From a virus, in the IMG/VR virus record IMGVR_UViG_3300022758_000012, positions 1 to 6,541 of that record: 6,541 nucleotides of DNA. One strand, 5' to 3'. Position numbers and translations under genes: made by a program. Shown here piece by piece: positions 4,115 to 6,541 of this stretch (position 1 is the first letter of the stretch; each line of letters opens with the position of its first letter). Below the pieces are notes generated by a model. That model had not been told where the DNA came from. It saw nothing but the letters and a program-made list of their open reading frames with translations, and did not search any database.

Positions 4115-6508
4115 ATGGCACAAAGTGTTTTCGATGCTACGTTAGATGTAAACAATCAGATTAAAGTTAATACATTTGATTGGTCTCACTCTAATAATTT
4201 AACTACACAGATTGGGCGTATTACGCCCATATTCTGTGAGCTACTCCCCAATAAAGGCTCTATTCGTGTCAATCCCCGATTCGGATTGCAGCTTATGCCT
4301 ATGGTGTTCCCTGTTCAAACTCCTATGCGTGCTCGCATTGCATTCTTTAAGTATCCGTTGCGTGCTCTTTGGAAAGGCTATCGTGATTTCGTAGGTAACT
4401 ATCGGCAAGGTCTTGAAGAACCTTATATTGATTTTAACAGTGCTTCCGCTCTTAAAGCTATGGCGTTTACTGGCTCTCTCGGAGATTATCTTGGTTTGCC
4501 TACTACTGTTTTTGGTTCTTATGGAACTTCCGAAAGTGTAACTCCTGCTAATATTTTTTCTAAAGTGCGTGGCAATCAGTTTAATGGTTCTCCAACTATG
4601 GAGTACCTTACAGGTATTCCCATTAATTCACCGTCTCAAGTGGTAGCTTACAAATCTCATTCTCCTCAAGAGGATAGCACTACTTCTTACGGTTTTAATC
4701 TTACTGATCCTGCAACTGCTGGTTCTACAGAGCTTCAAAAAGTTATGAATGTCGTTGTTGGTAATCTTGATTTCTCCAAGGTCCCTGCTTCTAATAAGAC
4801 TCGTATCTATTTTGATATAACTCTCAATTTTACAGGTTCTTTATCTGCGGATATTATGCAGGCTTTTGCTAATAGCATTTTTGCATATACTGCAAATGTA
4901 GGCAATAGTGGTGTGATCTATAATTTTCCTTTACTTGCTGTTTCTCAATTAGGAGATTCTAAGGTAGTTCGCCTTATTTATGGTTGTTCTCCGGAGTTGA
5001 TAAATGCCAATCCCAAATCGTGTGTTATTCGTTTTGTGTTTAATTATTTCACTGCTCTTGGTAGGCGTATTTCTGGAAATACTACCGCATGGGGAATTCA
5101 ATTTAGTTCATTAGCTAAGTTTTTGTTTACAGGTCTTTCAGATGGTGAATTTCAGGACACTCTTGTAAGGGTTACAAATTTGATTTCTAAAGTCGCTATA
5201 ACTAAGTCTATTGTTTCTGATATTCCGTCTGATTTAACTCTTGAAACTTCTCCTTATTATAACAGTACTTCCGTTAACAAGGACAATCAGATTAAAGTGT
5301 CTTCTTATGCGTTCCGTGCTTACGAAGGTATCTATAACGCATACTATCGTGATAACCGTAACAATCCTTACTATATTAACGGTGAAGTACAGTATAATCA
5401 ATGGATTCCTTCTTATGAAGGTGGTGCAGACTCTAATATTTACGAACTGCATTACGCTAATTGGGAGAAGGACTTCCTTACTACTGCCGTTCAATCACCG
5501 CAGCAAGGAACTGCACCTCTTGTAGGTATTACTACTTACACGGAAACGGTATCAGATGAAGAAACCGGATTGACCTCCGAAATATCTCGTGTTGCTCTTG
5601 TTGACGAAGACGGTAAACGTTATCAGGTTGCATTTGATTCTGATATGGACGGCTTACAAGGTGTTAAATACGTTGAACTTGACAATGACGTAAAACTACG
5701 TCAGCCTCGTAACCTTATCGATGTTGCAACTTCTGGTATTTCAATTAACGATTTACGTAATGTAAACGCATACCAAAAATTCTTGGAATTGAACATGCGC
5801 AAAGGCTATTCTTATCGTGACATTATTGAGGGTCGTTTTGACGTCAAGGTGCGTTATGATGAGTTGTTGATGCCCGAATTTTTCGGAGGTTTCTCCCGTG
5901 ATATTGATATGCATTCCATCACGCAAACCGTTGACCAGCAGACAGGCGACGACAACTCTTACAAAAATGCTCTTGGTTCACAGGCAGGTATTGCAGGTGT
6001 TCGCGGTGATTCAAATAACGCTATTGAATGCTTCTGTGATGAAGAATCTATTGTGATGGGTGTTTTGATTGTAACTCCACTGCCTGTTTATACACAGCTG
6101 TTGCCAAAACATTTCACGTATCGTGGTTTGCTAGACCATTATCAGCCGGAGTTTAATCATATCGGATTCCAACCGATTTTGTATAAAGAAGTATGCCCGA
6201 TTCAGGCGTATAATGAAAATCCAAAATCACTTACAGAAACATTTGGTTATAATCGTCCGTGGTATGAGTATGTACAAAAGTATGATGTTGCACACGGTTT
6301 GTTCCGTACTGACTTGAGTAATTTCCTCATGCACCGTGTGTTCAATGAGAAGCCGCAATTGGCGCAAAGCTTCTTGTTGATTGACCCCGAACAGGTTACT
6401 GACGTATTCAGTGTTACGGAAACGACTGATAAAGTGTACGGACAAATCTACTTTGATTGTACAGTTAAGTTGCCTATTTCTCGTGTTGCTATACCTCGTC
6501 TAGACTAG
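4115..6508 (+). CDS. VP1: Major capsid protein (VP1, phiX174 F-like jelly-roll) with very large loop insertions
   Basis: 797 aa. Recognisable Microviridae capsid motifs: GRITPIFCELLPN near the N-terminus, GDYLGLP (aa 123..129), YAFRAYEGIYNAYYRDNR (aa 398..415), WEKDFLTTAVQSPQQG (aa 450..465), ISINDLRNVNAYQKFLELNMRKGYSYRDIIEGRF (aa 542..575), and the C-terminal part FGYNRPWYEY...GQIYFDC. It wraps around the circular junction. Confidence 0.97.
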   Translation: MAQSVFDATLDVNNQIKVNTFDWSHSNNLTTQIGRITPIFCELLPNKGSIRVNPRFGLQLMPMVFPVQTPMRARIAFFKYPLRALWKGYRDFVGNYRQGLEEPYIDFNSASALKAMAFTGSLGDYLGLPTTVFGSYGTSESVTPANIFSKVRGNQFNGSPTMEYLTGIPINSPSQVVAYKSHSPQEDSTTSYGFNLTDPATAGSTELQKVMNVVVGNLDFSKVPASNKTRIYFDITLNFTGSLSADIMQAFANSIFAYTANVGNSGVIYNFPLLAVSQLGDSKVVRLIYGCSPELINANPKSCVIRFVFNYFTALGRRISGNTTAWGIQFSSLAKFLFTGLSDGEFQDTLVRVTNLISKVAITKSIVSDIPSDLTLETSPYYNSTSVNKDNQIKVSSYAFRAYEGIYNAYYRDNRNNPYYINGEVQYNQWIPSYEGGADSNIYELHYANWEKDFLTTAVQSPQQGTAPLVGITTYTETVSDEETGLTSEISRVALVDEDGKRYQVAFDSDMDGLQGVKYVELDNDVKLRQPRNLIDVATSGISINDLRNVNAYQKFLELNMRKGYSYRDIIEGRFDVKVRYDELLMPEFFGGFSRDIDMHSITQTVDQQTGDDNSYKNALGSQAGIAGVRGDSNNAIECFCDEESIVMGVLIVTPLPVYTQLLPKHFTYRGLLDHYQPEFNHIGFQPILYKEVCPIQAYNENPKSLTETFGYNRPWYEYVQKYDVAHGLFRTDLSNFLMHRVFNEKPQLAQSFLLIDPEQVTDVFSVTETTDKVYGQIYFDCTVKLPISRVAIPRLD

Positions 6509-6541
6509 TCACGTGTGCGCGTTTCGCGCGCGCGTGTTAAA
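6415..6541. repeat. Terminal direct repeat, copy 2 (identical to 1..127)
   Basis: Same comparison as for copy 1. It contains the last 94 nt of the capsid gene plus the first 33 nt of the downstream non-coding region. Confidence 0.95.

Noticed and set aside
5305-5315. 9/11 match to the reverse complement of the dif XerC arm (ttatgcgttcc versus TTATGCGCACC).
   Set aside because: About one or two 9/11 matches are expected by chance in 6.4 kb on both strands. The flanking sequence shows no XerD-arm similarity.
5838-5847. Perfect 10-bp palindrome ttgacgtcaa, plus the hairpin at 5686..5703, inside the capsid gene.
   Set aside because: These are short palindromes within a strongly supported coding region. 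A few such palindromes are expected by chance in 6.4 kb, and nothing links them to a function.

Overview
The window is one complete, circularly permuted genome of a small ssDNA phage of the family Microviridae. The first 127 nt are identical to the last 127 nt, so the unit length is 6414 nt. The overlap is most likely an assembly wrap-around. All credible genes are on the + strand and tightly packed. They are a 797-aa major capsid protein (VP1/F-like, 4115..6508, with its 3' end repeated at 1..94), a 105-aa ORF (348..665), a 368-aa minor capsid/DNA-pilot protein (VP2/H-like, 665..1771), a 458-aa rolling-circle replication initiator (VP4/A-like, 1930..3306) and four small ORFs (3335..4112). No start codon has a Shine-Dalgarno sequence and the leaders are A/T-rich. 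Together with the 6.4-kb size and the very large capsid protein, this fits the Bacteroidota-associated 'Alpavirinae-like' gut microviruses. That placement is from memory, not from a search. Points worth follow-up: (1) a 253-nt non-coding region (95..347) with 56.5% GC over 101..300 and at least six hairpins, in an otherwise roughly 38% GC, gene-dense genome; (2) an insertion of about 265 aa in the capsid protein between two conserved motifs; (3) a small membrane or lipoprotein-like ORF overlapping its upstream neighbour, a candidate single-gene lysis or exclusion factor; (4) a 10/11 match to the XerC arm of dif, relevant to integrase-less lysogeny; (5) a TTTTACG motif found only in three intergenic spacers. 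I found no defence system, CRISPR array, tRNA or transposon. All functional calls rest on motif recognition by eye, and no database search was run.
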